A DNA stretch of 64,000 nt from the human T2T-CHM13v2.0 reference genome, Homo sapiens: the NCBI RefSeq assembly GCF_009914755.1, contig NC_060929.1, one strand, 5' to 3'. The notes beneath the pieces were generated by a model. The model did not search any database, was not told where the DNA came from, and saw only the letters and a program-made list of their open reading frames with translations. Position numbers and translations under genes: made by a program. Positions 44,874 to 58,772 of this stretch are shown in pieces. The stretch's first letter is position 1. The number at the start of each line of letters is the position of its first letter.

Positions 44874-45152
44874 TAATCCCAGCTCTTTGGGAGGCCGAGG
44901 TGGGTGGATCACCTGCGGTCAGGAGTTCAAGACAAACCTGGCCAACATGGTGAAACCCTGTTTCTACTAAAAGTATAAAAATTAGCTGGGTGTGGTGGTG
45001 GGTGCCTGTAGTCCCAGCTACTCAGAAGGCTGAGGCAGGAGAATCACTTGAACCTGGGAGGCAGGGGTTGCTGTGAGCCGAGATCGCCACTGCTCTCCAG
45101 CCTGGGCGACAGCAGTGAAACTCCGTCTCAAAAAAAAAAAAAAAAAAAAAAG
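44874..45152 (+). mobile_element. AluSx-like, lacking its first ~25 nt
   Basis: Begins taatcccagctctttgggaggccgagg; pure A-tail. Confidence 0.92.
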
Positions 45153-45217
45153 GAGAGTGTTTTGTTGTTGTTGTTTTTTCTATAGACTCTGATGATGATG
45201 CTATTGCAAAAGCCAGG

Positions 45218-45661
45218 TGTGGAAGACAGAATAATAGTCCTTCAAAGATGTCCACATTCCAATCTCCAGAACCTGTATGTTATCTTACATGGCAAGAGGG
45301 ACTTTGCAGATGGGGTTAAAGAACATAAGGTGGGGAAATTATCCTGGATTATCTGGGTGGACCCAGTGTAATCAGAAGGGTCCTTATAAAGGAGAGAGGG
45401 AAAAAGGAGACAGGGGTGGGGGAGTAGAAGAGAGAAGGAGTTTTAGCCATGCTACATGGCTGGATTTGAAGATGGAGCCAAGGAAAACAGGCAGCTTGGA
45501 AAAGACAAGGAAACAGATCCTTCCTTAAAGCCCCCATAGGGGCACAGCCACATAGCCCTGCCATCCCATCTTGGACCTCCAGAACTGGAAAATAACACAT
45601 TTCTGTTTTAAGCCATGAAATCTGTAGTAATTTTTTACAGCAGCAATAGGACACTAAAACC
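45218..45661 (+). mobile_element. MLT1D-like solo LTR
   Basis: tgtggaagacagaataatagtccttcaaagatgtccac...ggattatctgggtggaccc...acagcagcaatagg. Confidence 0.88.
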
Positions 45662-47395
45662 TCAGGGTAATTAAGTTACTGTATCTTGAGCAGCCAGAAG
45701 TAACTTGGTAACATTATCACTGAACAATTGCCTCAGCATCTTCAAGGTGCAAACAGTGGCCTATTTTTTTATTTTTCTAAAACAAGAAATGCACCATCTG
45801 TCAATTTAATGGCTACCTTTCCCTCATCTGAGTTGATCCAGCATCTGAGGCTTACAGAGTCCAGCAGAAACGGGGTCCCAGGTTCATAATCTACACTTGT
45901 TCTAAATGCTGCTGTCCCTGGGCTGAGCTGGGCAGGGTGTTACACTGCCCACCCCTTTACCAATCCCTCTTCTACACATCACCTTTCCTCAATTCCTCCT
46001 AATATGCTTCACCTTGGAGACCTCCCTCCTTCCTCCACATCCCCTGCAACACACTGATGCTCTTTTCCCTACTCCAAGAACCTACTACTGGCATCCCTCT
46101 AAAGCCCACCTCTCCCTCTAGGTATGGCCATCTGGCTCCATCTCATGTCTACTCTTGCATGGATGACAGCCATCACATCCCTCCATCCAGAAAACAGTCT
46201 CCTTCAGGTACTAGAATGTATCCACCTTGGAGAGCTTTGGGTGGTTATTAACAACACTGGTTTTCTCATTATATTTGTTTCCAAAAACTTTTATATAATG
46301 CCTCTTACGTGGTAACTTCAGTGATTGTGGGCTAACTGAATGAATGTTAATAATATACATTAGATGTGGCTGTTTGAGGTATTTCATGGTTCCATATGAA
46401 TTTTAGAATTATTTTTTCTATTTCTGTGAAAAATGTCATTGAGATTTTGATAGGAATTTTATTGAAACTGTAGGTTGTTTTCTTGAAAAGTAGCAAAACT
46501 GGAGGCATCAAACTTCCTGATTTCAGAATATATTACAAAGCTACAGTAATTAAAACAGTATGGTACTGGCATAAAGACAAGCTTATGGTACCAATGGAAC
46601 AGAATAGAAAGCTGAGAAATCAACCCACACATATACAATCAATTTTTCCTTCAAAAGGTGATAAGGGTGCCAAGAACAGACAATGGGAAAAGAATCATCT
46701 CTTCAAAAAATGGTGTTGGGAAAAGTGGATGTTCACATGCAAAAGGATAAAATTGGACCCTTATTTTACTCCATACGCAAAGTAAACTGAAAATGACTCA
46801 TAGACTTAAACATAAGTCCTGCAACTATAAGATTCCTAGAAGAAAACAGGGGAATAGCATCATGACATTGATCCTGGCAATGATTTAATGGGTCTGACAG
46901 TAGAAGCAAAGTTCAACACTGACAAAATTAGACAAATGGAGCTGCATGAAACTGACAAGCTTCTGCACAGCAAAGGAAACAATCAACAGAGTGAAAAGGC
47001 AATTTACAGAATAGAAGAAAATGTTGGCAAACCATCAGATAAGGGGTTAATTTCTACAATATAAAAAGAACTCCTACAACTCAGTAGCAACAAAACTAAT
47101 AACCTGATTTAAGACAGTGTAAATACTTAAATAGACATTTATCCCAAGAAGCCATGCAAATGGCCAACAGGTACATGAAAACATGCCTGACATTACTAGT
47201 CATCAGGGAAATGCAAATCAATGTCACAATGAAATATCACTCACACCTGTTCAAAAAGATGAACAATAACAAGGGTTGGCCAGGATGTGAAGAAAAGGGA
47301 GCCCTTGTACACTGTTGGTACAGCAAAATGGTACAGCTGCTATGGAAAACAGTATGGAGGTTCCTCAAAAAATAAAAAAAATAAAAATACCATAT

Positions 47396-47752
47396 CAATA
47401 TGGTTTGGCTGTGTCCCCATCCAAATCTCATCTTGAATTCCCACGTGTAGTGAGAGAGACCCTGTGGGAGGTAATTGAATCATGGGGGCAGGTCTTTCCC
47501 ATGCTATTCTTGTGACAGTGAGTAAGTCTAACGAGATATGATGGGTTTATAATGGGGAGTTTCCCTGCCCAATCTCTCTTTTTATGCCTGCTGCCATCCA
47601 TGTAAGATGTGACTTGCTCTTCCTTGCCTTCTGCCATGACTGTGAGGCCTCCCCAGCCACATAGAACTGTGAATCCAGTTAAACCTCTTTCTTTTGTAAA
47701 TTGCCCAGTTTCAGGTATGTCTTCATCAGCAGCATGAAAACTGACTAATACA
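47396..47752 (+). mobile_element. THE1 (THE1B-like) solo LTR
   Basis: atatggtttggctgtgtcccc...gactaataca; perfect TSD catat (47391-47395 / 47753-47757). Confidence 0.95.
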
Positions 47753-47947
47753 CATATCATCTAGCAATCCTACTTCTAGGTACTTATCTAAAAGTATTGA
47801 AACAGGATCTTGAAGAGATATTAGCATTCTAACATAGTTTGTGACACTACTGACAATAGTCAAAATGTGGAAGCAACTTGTGTTCAGTGACAGATGAATG
47901 GATAAAGAAAATATGGTATGTACATACAAAAATATTATTCAGTCCTA

Positions 47948-48100
47948 ACCAGGTGCGGTGGTACACACCTGTAATCCCAGCTGAGGCAGGAGATTGCTTG
48001 AGTCCGGGAGTTTGAGGCTGCAGTGTTCTCTGATTGTGACTGTGAATAGCTGCTACACTCCAGCCTGGGCAACATAGCAAGACCCTCTCTCTAAAAATAA
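47948..48100 (+). mobile_element. FAM (fossil Alu monomer, 7SL-derived)
   Basis: Monomer retaining the 7SL-type ctgtgaatagc segment and the gggcaacatagcaagaccc end. Confidence 0.8.
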
Positions 48101-48531
48101 TATACATATATTTTTTAAAAAGGAAATCCTGCAGTATCAGATAACTTGAATGAAACTTGAGGACATTATGCTAAGATAAATAAGCAGTCACAGAAGGATG
48201 TATACTGCATGATTCCACTTAAATGAAGTATCTAAAATAGTCAAATTCAAAAAATCAGGGAGTAGAATAGTTGTTGTCAGGGGCTGGGGGAAGGGGAAAT
48301 GGGGAGTTGCCAGTCAAAGGGCGTAAAGTTTCAGTTAAGCAAGATGAACAAGTTCTAGAGATCCGCTGTGCAATGTTGTCCCTATAGTTAACAATACTGT
48401 ATTGTACACTTAAAAATTTGTTAGAGGGTGGATCTCATGTTAAGTGTTCTTACCATCACCACCACCACAACAAAACACAACCAAAACCAAAAAAGGTTGC
48501 ACACTCGTACAGTAGTTAAAAATGTTATGGG

Positions 48532-48955
48532 CAATGGTATGCTAGAGCTGGCCTGTAATGGCTCACAAGAGCTGATTGTTAAATTTTCAGGAAGATCCTC
48601 GTTAAATATAGCCATTATTAAGTGTTAAATGGTATAAATTTACAATTAAACAAATTAAATTGAAAGTAAAGGTAATAAATATTCAGAATACATCACAAAC
48701 GTAATTATTTCACTACATTCTACTACTATCTATGTTCTAGAGGTTACCTAAGTTATTATCTATTTTATCTGCATCCTGGAAAGTACATACAGGTTTACAA
48801 CCAACCACCACTTTCAACTCTGCATTCAGAGACATCATATTGGCAGGTTGAAATTGGTTATGGTGTGTGAAGTTACACCACAGAAACTGGCAAATGCCAT
48901 AAATCACATATTTTTTTTTTTGAGTCAGTTGTTAAATGTTCACCAGACACCACTG
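48532..48955. mobile_element. MER63-family hAT-Blackjack transposon
   Basis: TIRs caatggtatgctag...ccagacaccactg; gagctgattgttaaattttcagg. Confidence 0.75.
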
Positions 48956-49275
48956 TTCCTAAGCCAGTTCTTCACAAAAGACTTCACAAAGACTCCAAAA
49001 TGGAAGCAGAACTGATATTACCACCAATTTACTAATACAGAAAGAGAGACCCAGACATTAATTAGCTTGTCCAAAGAAGCATTCGGAGTCCTACTATACT
49101 CCATATTTTTACCATTATATAATTTTAAAATCATTTATTAATAATTGAAAGAGTCTCAATTATCTATGATCATCTATGATAATTGAAATTAATTATTAAA
49201 TTCTTACATTTATTTTTACTTTTTCCTATAAAGCATAATACATTATAAAAATCATGGTAGAAATATAGATTAAAC

Positions 49276-49744
<469 letters not shown>

Positions 49745-49798
49745 TTAACAAGACAGGAAGTTTTCTTACTCTATTTCTATTAAATTATTTTTTTAATC

Positions 49799-50661
<863 letters not shown>

Positions 50662-52282
50662 AAATGACTTTCTTTACCACGTCCTCTGGTCAGTTCTACC
50701 TTTAAACCTTTGCTAGGGTCAAAGTTAATTGCATAAATAAATTGCTTACGATTACCTAGTGCAGGTACGATAACCTAGCGACTTTGAATTTCTACCTAAA
50801 AGGGACTGCCAATCTCCTTTCTGACTTTTTAGACATCTCTGGAACAGTCTAAAACAAAATAGAAGCATTTAAAAACACCATTTCCTTTTCCATTCATGGC
50901 CGTTTCATCACACAGTTTGCACAGTCATCTCCTCCTGGGGGGGATAGAACAGTCTCCTTGTCATTAGCACACTCTGGGGTCAGGTGTATCTTGGCCAGTG
51001 GCTTTAGTTTTTTACGGATTAGAAATTCTTAGGAAAGTAAGTAAAGCTGCCCTTCAGAATCTTGGGTCTTGAGTGAACAGAAAATCTGGTTGGGATACCT
51101 CTCTAATGGAGCTCAGGAGTGTGCCTGGACCAGTGAAGCAGTTGTTGGCAGGTTGATTATTGCACCTGTAATGCCGAGTGTCTGGCTATTGAAAGCTGGC
51201 GGCATTCATCTGGGCCATGTTTCATTTGCTGCGAATGCTCTTTATTTTTAACAGGGCCCAAGGATTAGTGGCAAAGAGCTCCCCTTAGAAGGTATGGGAC
51301 TGGGAGTTGTGGAAACAGAGCAGGCAGTTACATTGCATTGGTAATTTAGGTGGCGTGTGTTAGCAGAAAAGGAAGCGATAAAGGGCCTTGCATTTTGGAG
51401 GCATTCCCATTTGGAAACAGTATTCTCAAAGCCCGACTCAGAAGAAAGACGTATCATTGCTCAGTTTCCTAGCCTGTGTGTTATTCCTTAGTTGTTTCAA
51501 CAATTTGATCATCTTTCAATGATTGTTCTCATTGGTTATACATTGTGAACACATGAAGAACATAATTACTTAAGAACCTGAAATTGCTCTTAATAGTGTA
51601 TTGAGGCAATAATACAATTTCAAATGCTTTCAGTTGTAAATCTGCAGCATATTTTACTGGTGGTTGAATGAATAAGATATATCAGGATGGTAACTACAGA
51701 AAGTGTCTATGGAACACTTTTCTGCTTACCAAAATTGGCATTGAGTTTTAAAAAAGTAATTATATTTTCCTAACTTTTCAGAAAAGTATGTTCTTTTTAT
51801 AATAAAATGACAATATGAGTACTTAACTGGGTTTTGTGTTGAGATTGCTTCCATCGGTCCAGGCTTCTGTTACTTCCTAGGAGTGGGCAGGAAGGGTCTC
51901 TATAATGTGATCGTGAGTACTTGACCATTGCCTGTTGTGGAATATTCTTGTGATTGGTGCTTTTTAGTGCTCTTAGAAGAGAGCCAGGTTATTTCTATCT
52001 CCTGTTCTGCTCTCCTCCACTTTGGCTTTAGCCTAATTGGGCTCCTCATGGTCATAAGATGGCTGCCAGGAACAACAGTGGCTGAATGCTTCCTTCTCAT
52101 TCAGCTGGAGGAAAATAAAAACTCAGGATCCAAAACCTTTTCTCCGCTCACATTTACGTTAGTTACATTATTTGTTTTTCACTTCTTCTAGCAAAACTCA
52201 TCATTTTTGCCATTATTAAGAAATATTGGCTAAATGTTTGAAAGAGGAAGCTGAACCCATTGCTGCAAAATGTTACAAGCTT

Positions 52283-52836
52283 TGTGGTAGATTGTACCAA
52301 AAAGGCCACTGTAGTATTTCTATCCCACAGGCTCTTCCAGAATCTTGCCACTCTTCCATCAAGAAACACAGTCTGTTTCCCACCCCATCCCCTGAAACTG
52401 AGCATTATTTTGCCGCTGCATTGACTGATGGAATGCATCCCGACTTTTGCGCCTGGCTTTTTGCCTTGGGATATGGGTTTTGGGAGCTTTGAGATAATAT
52501 GTAAGAAGTTTGGCTGCCCTGAAGCATCCCTGCTGGAGAGACCTGGTGGAGCGAGCTCAGAGGACGCCTGAGGAGCCACAGCTGTCCCTGTACCAGCTAC
52601 TTGAGTCTTCCCAGCCCAAGTGCCAGACAGCTAAGTGATTGAGCCTTTAAGTGAGTCCAGCTTTCAGCCCCGTGCCTCCGCAGCTGACTCTGAGTGCAGC
52701 ACAGCTGAGTTGTCCCAGTGGAGTACAATCCAGGTTACAAAGTCTTGAACAAAGTAAGTGTTTCTCTCTCTCTTTTTCTTTCTTTAAAGCACAACTTTTG
52801 AAGCAGTTTGTTACAGAGCAATAGAAAATCAGAATT
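52283..52836 (+). mobile_element. MLT1G/H-like solo LTR
   Basis: tgccactcttccatcaaga...gtcttcccagcccaagtgccagaca...gtttgttacagagcaatagaaaatcagaa. Confidence 0.75.
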
Positions 52837-53457
52837 AGTCTAGTTTAAATTCTGTACGTGTGTGATTTTCAACTCTGTCTTTGATAATTAAGAGTTGGCT
52901 GTATATTCAGGTAGTAGAAATGGGATAGTGTTTCCATTGATGACAGGTTAGCTCAGGTGTGCACATGCAGTCTTAATGTGGCCGATGGTTTGGGTGTAAT
53001 TCCCACAAAGGCCAGTTTACTTTCCCCTGCTCCATGACTTAACTGTGTGGTTATCTCACAGATGTCTGCTTGCAATTATGAGGCATGAAGAATCCTTGCA
53101 GCCATTAGGAAATAGGCACCTGGCTTCTCTGCTGAGCGAGCGAGTAATGGAAGCTGTGATGAGAACTCTGAACAAAAACATAGTGTCGGTTCCATCAAGG
53201 GCCAGGCTTCTGGTAGACTGATCATATGAGAAGTGAGGATAAGTAGCCTGGAGCAGATGGGGTTGTAATGGGGTAGTAAGGATGAAAGTCTAGAAGAGAG
53301 ATCAGTAATTGATGTGGCAGGTACTGGTGGTGTCGGCTGCATGGTGAACAGCAATAGACACCCAAACTCACAGAGCTAAGGATCAGACTTATTCCATGTT
53401 GCCCTGTGTGGATGTCATGGTGCTGAGTAAAGGGTGGACCCTGAAAAATTAGACTGA

Positions 53458-53887
<430 letters not shown>

Positions 53888-54676
53888 CTTATTCCCCTTT
53901 GCTAAAAGAAAGCAAGGCTGAGGATACTAGTAGTGAGCAGGACAAGGAGAACAAATGTTAAAATACAATGAAGGCAATACAATACCATACAAATAGAAGG
54001 GGTTGTTTCTAAACCATTTGCACAAGCATGAATTACCTTTGCCTTGGTTTAAAAGTTTATTTTGCTGTCCTAAAATAGTTCTTCATTCCTTATGTGATTG
54101 TCCCAGCCCAGGGTCTCAGCTCAATTGCTAGCCCATTCCCAAACTTTTCACTGCCTCAGCCTCCTACCTCCCGTTCACTCACCCTCACCTGCTTCCGGAG
54201 CTACTCCCGAAAGTCCTGCGCAGTCTGCACATTGCAATGTGCAAAGGTTTGTTTTCGGCCATTTTTCTTCTTGTCATCCTCTGTGCCCACCAGTGGCATT
54301 TGCTGCTCTCTGCACGTGAAATGCTGTCCTTCCCTGGTTTGGATAAAGTACACTGGTCTCATTCTTCCCGCCTCCACCCCACCTGGCTTTCTCCTCAGTC
54401 CTCTTCTGCCTCACGCTGCTTCCCCAGGGGTTCTCATCATGCTGGGACTCTCTTTTCTCCAAATCTTCTTTTTCATGGATGCTCTGTCCACACCCACTTT
54501 CCAGCTTTTAACCTCAAAGAGACACCCAATTCCACATCTCTAGTTCAAAGTACCATTTGCACATCCCACCGCCCTCTGTAATTGCCATCAGCATGGGCAA
54601 CTTCACATGTCCAAAACCAAGTGGATTTTCCTCGCTGGAAAAGTTTTTCCTCCTTGTCATGGATGAGTAGAAACTC

Positions 54677-54916
54677 AACTAGCAAAGCAGGCACTTGACC
54701 TTCCGTCTCTTCATCAGTTCCATCATAAGTAACTTGTCTACACCTAAAGCCTCATCAGCCACGAAGGATAAGGAAGAAATAAGACCCACCCCCAACTCCC
54801 TAAGCACACTAGGTAATAAAGAAAGTGGAGTTTTAAGTCAAGTTTGGGCCTTAGTAAGACAATGGAATTCTTGACATAAACTTCAACAATAACTACATAA
54901 AAATCACACATTTTTA
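54677..54916 (+). repeat. Inverted repeat arm A (~240 bp)
   Basis: Reverse complement of 56430-56670 by manual alignment (~11 substitutions, 3 indels). Confidence 0.95.
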
Positions 54917-55104
54917 TGTGGTTATAATATGTGCTGGACTTCTGGTTACCTAGGCTCACACCTCAGAGGGATCTTTGGGTACCTCCATCCTTCACTGAGC
55001 AGTAGCCAAGGTCTACTAATTTTATTTCTACAGTATTTCACATTAGTTTTATTTCTCTTGACTGTCATTCTTTTAGCTCAGACGCTTATGTGTTTTTTGG
55101 ATCA

Positions 55105-55465
55105 TGGCTGTCAAACTTTAATGTTCCAAAAAATCACCTTTTGATAATGCAGATTCTGGTGTGGGACCCAATAGTCTGCATTTCTAGTGAGCTACCAGCC
55201 GATGCTGATGCTGCTAATCCCCGGACTACACTTTGAGTAACGAGGTTCTAGGTTAATTATTACAACAGCCTCAGAAGTGATTCTCCCTAAACCAGTGGTT
55301 CTCAACATATGGCCCCCAGACAAGCAACATTAACATCGCTTGGAAACATCTTGGAAATGCAAATTCTTAGCCAGTTCCAGTCCTACCCAATCAGAAACTC
55401 TCTGAATAAGCCATCCAGGTGATGTACTCCAGGTGATTCTAATGGATGCTGAAGTCTGAGACTCA
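55105..55465. mobile_element. Two MER5-family DNA transposon copies
   Basis: atgcagattctgg...tctgcatttctag...cactttgagtaac; cagtggttctcaac...gaaatgcaaattctt...ccaggtgattctaatg. Confidence 0.75.
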
Positions 55466-55579
55466 CTTATCTAGATCTTACCTTTACAACCATCACACAC
55501 ACCCACACCCCAGAATCTTTGCAACAATGTTGTAAAATTTTTTTGTAGTGTTTCTGCAATATGGCTTTCTTCTTTTTGT

Positions 55580-55726
55580 CTGTTTGTTTATTTATTTATT
55601 TATTTATTTAGAGACAGGATCTCACTATGTTGCTTAGGCTAATCTCCACCTCCAGGACTCAAGTGATTCTCTCACCTCAGCCTCCCCAGTAGCTGGGACT
55701 ACAGGCACACGCTACCACACCTGTCA
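55580..55726 (-). mobile_element. FLAM/AluJ monomer with (TTTA)n tail
   Basis: gagacaggatctcactatgttgcttaggct...actacaggcacacgctaccacacc. Confidence 0.85.
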
Positions 55727-56046
55727 CAATAGAGCTTTCAAGGGCCTCAAACTTTGTCCCTAGTGGGTTTCTCTCTCGCTCCATCCTCCTCCTACTCCTA
55801 ATTTTGGAGTGAAATGTATTGCAAATTGTTCTCTGTTCATTCCCTATCCTTCCTCCATCTTCTCCTTCACTTGTTTCTTTTTCCTGAAGCACCCTCATCA
55901 TTGCTCATTGGAAGCCTCTCCACTCCTTACGTTCTTGCCAAACACCATCTCTGCTGTCTCGTATTCCTCAGATCACTCAGCTAGGAGTGCATCTTTTCCC
56001 TTCCTTTAACTCAGTAGTGGTTAGCGTATCGTGCATCACACTAGAG

Positions 56047-56268
56047 TAGTGGTTCTCAACTGGGGCCGATTTTGCCCCCTGGGGACATTTGCTTATACCT
56101 GGAGATGGTTTTGATTGTCACAGCTGCAGATGGTGGTGCTGTAAGCATCAAGTGGGTAGAGGCCAAGGATGTTGATAAATATCCTAGAATGCATAGGAAA
56201 GCATTTCACACCACCCCCAGACAATTATTCAGCCCAAAAATCAGTAATGCACTGGCCGAGAAGCCCTG
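56047..56268. mobile_element. MER20 hAT-Charlie transposon
   Basis: agtggttctcaactgggg...ggggacattt...gtgggtagaggccaaggatg...agaagccctg; 8-bp TSD cactagag/cagtagag. Confidence 0.9.
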
Positions 56269-56429
56269 CAGTAGAGCAGTATGTTTATCTTGTATTTTCT
56301 CTGAGATTGTTGTCCTCACCACCCTGGGGTTATGTCTTTGTCATGCATGCAAGTTCCAGTACAGAGAACCAGGTGCTTCATAATGTCTTCATTTTATTGA
56401 GAAACTGAGCAATCAAATATTGTAAAGTT

Positions 56430-56670
56430 TAAAAATGTGTGATTTTTATGTGGTTATTGTTGAAGTTTATGTGGAGAATTCCATTGTCTTACAGGCCCAA
56501 ACTTGAGTTAAAACTCCACTTTCGTTATTAATTACCTAGTGTGCTTAGGGAGTTGGGGGTGGGTCTTATTTCTTCTCTATCCTTCGTGGCTGATGAGCTT
56601 TAGGGGCAGACAAGTTACTTATGATGGAACTGATGAAGAGACGGAGGGTCAAGTGCCTGATTTGCTAGTT
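56430..56670 (-). repeat. Inverted repeat arm B (~240 bp)
   Basis: Reverse complement of 54677-54916. Confidence 0.95.
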
Positions 56671-57051
56671 TGGAACTGGGTATTGCGACAGGGGCTGTAT
56701 TAGAAACCTTCTGTCTGGAAAAAACATTAATGGGTCCCCTGCTTGGGTGTATTCTAGTTGTTGTTTGCAAGCAACTGGAGATCTTGGTCTCTTTGCTTTG
56801 TACAGCCAAGCATTGTCGAGGACACCCAGAAGTCTCATTCCTATGTACCTACAGGTTACAAAGCGGTATGTTGCCTTGCGATGAGGTGGTGTGCACGAGG
56901 CTCTCTTGCCCACAGGGACCTCTCCGCAGGATGGAGACCAGCACACTTTAATGTAGATTCTGATCTGAAATGCACCACAGGAAGGGAACTGGTTCTGAGA
57001 GCCGAACCAGGCTTTGGTAACTCATAAGTCCAGTTCTCTTATTAAGCACTT

Positions 57052-57350
57052 GGGTACAAGCTCATCTGTGTGAATCCCTTGGGGCAAACTGAACTAAGAA
57101 ATTTTCTGATTTTAGAAGGTAATTTGGGTGTGCACCACAAAGTCCATAACAAGCTCAGCAGAGTCTGGGCAGGACCTGGTAGTCAAATGCACCATGTGTG
57201 AGAAACATCGGAGGAGTCTCATGAGGTCGGAGAAACAAAGACCATTCATAGCTTGGAGTTTGTTCAGGTGAGCTTTTGCTACCAAGTGCATTACAGAGTG
57301 TTTTTTTGGTTTTGGAGATTTGGGGATTTTAGAGAGACCCAGGGATACAA
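57052..57350. mobile_element. Diverged TcMar-Tigger-like DNA transposon
   Basis: cccttggggc...aattttctgattttagaaggtaat and ttttggttttggagatttggggatttt. Confidence 0.4.
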
Positions 57351-58657
57351 GGCTGCTGATAGGAAGGTCAGTTTGGTCTTGATGAGATGGTTACCCGGCA
57401 TGAGTTTCTATTATAATCTCATTTCGACCACAGTGTAGAAATGAAATGTCAGATGGGGAGTGGAGCCATGGGGCCTTACAGGAAACGTTGCCATGGAAAA
57501 TCCTGCAACATGTCAGCAGTCTCCGGCATGTCAGCAGCCTCCAGCCTGTGATGTGCAGATCTCTAAAGCACTCCATGGGCTCCCCTGATTGCTGGCTTAT
57601 TTTTTTCTCTTTGTCACACAGAGGTTCCTTTGGTCTTGAGATAAAGGTCAGGTTTCTGTGAACCGACTGGCCGCAGCCTTTCTTCTCCTGCCGTCTGAGG
57701 TGGAGGTGAGCTGAGGCGCCTGGAGTGTTCTATTTGGTAGGTAAGAGACCCCAACAGCCTGGATGAATACTTTTGTAAACAGCATTTTGTCAGACAAGAG
57801 CCATGTTCATTTCCCTGTTGCCGTGTGAGTGAGAATACTGTATCTTCAGACAGTCAGACCTCACTTCTCGGGGGCACGGTTCTCAGAGACGAAGGGGACA
57901 GTATCAGACATTAAAAAGGAGCTGAAGAGAAACAAGACATACCAAATACACTGAGGTTTTTTGTTTGTTTTTCCTACTGAGTTTAAACACTGCTTTTTTA
58001 AACAGCAGCTTTCCATAATGCACGAGTCTCATTAATATGAAATGGGTCATCATTGGTTAACCTTCACTTAGGTTAGCTCCAAATACAATGTGACATCTTA
58101 TGTCACCCTGATTCTTCTAAACCTGATATTTTATTGTCTAATGCACAACTCTTAATGAGGATCATAACATTAATGTGTGATAATAAAAAGATCTTATTGT
58201 TAAATGCTACTATTATCCATAATGGTATAATGGTATAGGGACTGTTTCTTAATCAGTCCCTGGTGACCAATACCCTCAAGAACAAAAAAAAAAGGGGGTC
58301 TGTGTTGTACATCTTATTAAGTGCATTGGGTTTTTATGGTCTACCATAGGGACTGAACAGAAAAAGAAATTTCCTCGCTTCCCCTCTTTCCTCTGAAAAA
58401 CACCATTCCCATTTCTGTAGGAAAATTCAGGGTCTGGAGGCTCTTGTAGATGCAAGACACAGCCACTTGTGGGAGGGGGCCTTACTTACTTTCAGGACAA
58501 TCAAAGCCAAAACAAAGGTTTCTTGTCACTTGGGGCTTTTATCCAATACATCCCATGTTACAAACAATAAATCACTGGCTGACCAACCTTCTTTGCCAAG
58601 GGAACCTGTGGGGGCTTTAGGCTATTTCATAGTTCAAGTAAGACCCCATCTATTGAC

Positions 58658-58772
58658 TTACCTACCTCCATCTACCTATCCATCCACCATCTATCATCTA
58701 TCTATAGCTATGTATTATCTGTCATCTCTCTCTCTCTCTCTCTGTCTATATCTATCCTCAATCTATTTGTAT
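58658..58772. repeat. Degenerate (TCTA)n/(TC)n microsatellite
   Basis: cctacctacc...atctatcatctatctat...tctctctctc. Confidence 0.85.

Larger units (their letters stand above)
46385..48495 (+). mobile_element. 5'-inverted, truncated L1M (L1MA/L1MB) carrying nested THE1 and FAM insertions
   Basis: 46385-46480 is antisense ORF2. 46481 onward is sense ORF2 ([25 protein letters not shown]...KWCWEKW). The 3'UTR ends ...gatctcatgttaagtgttcttacca. Confidence 0.88.
54400..56400 (+). mobile_element. Fragmented L2, interrupted by the inverted-repeat arm, MER5s, FLAM and MER20
   Basis: aacttcacatgtccaaaacc (~54600-54620), then later colinear L2-like pieces (acaacagcctc, tttccatcttttcc-type tracts, cagtacagagaaccagg). 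Confidence 0.5.

Noticed and set aside
54094-54581. Overlapping 114-149 aa ORFs
   Set aside because: They lie in pyrimidine-rich, L2-like sequence, with no domain or splice support.
54677-56670. Inverted arms as TIRs of a novel DNA transposon
   Set aside because: No outer TSD, no transposase remnant, and the L2 seems to continue from outside arm A into the spacer; a local duplication fits better.
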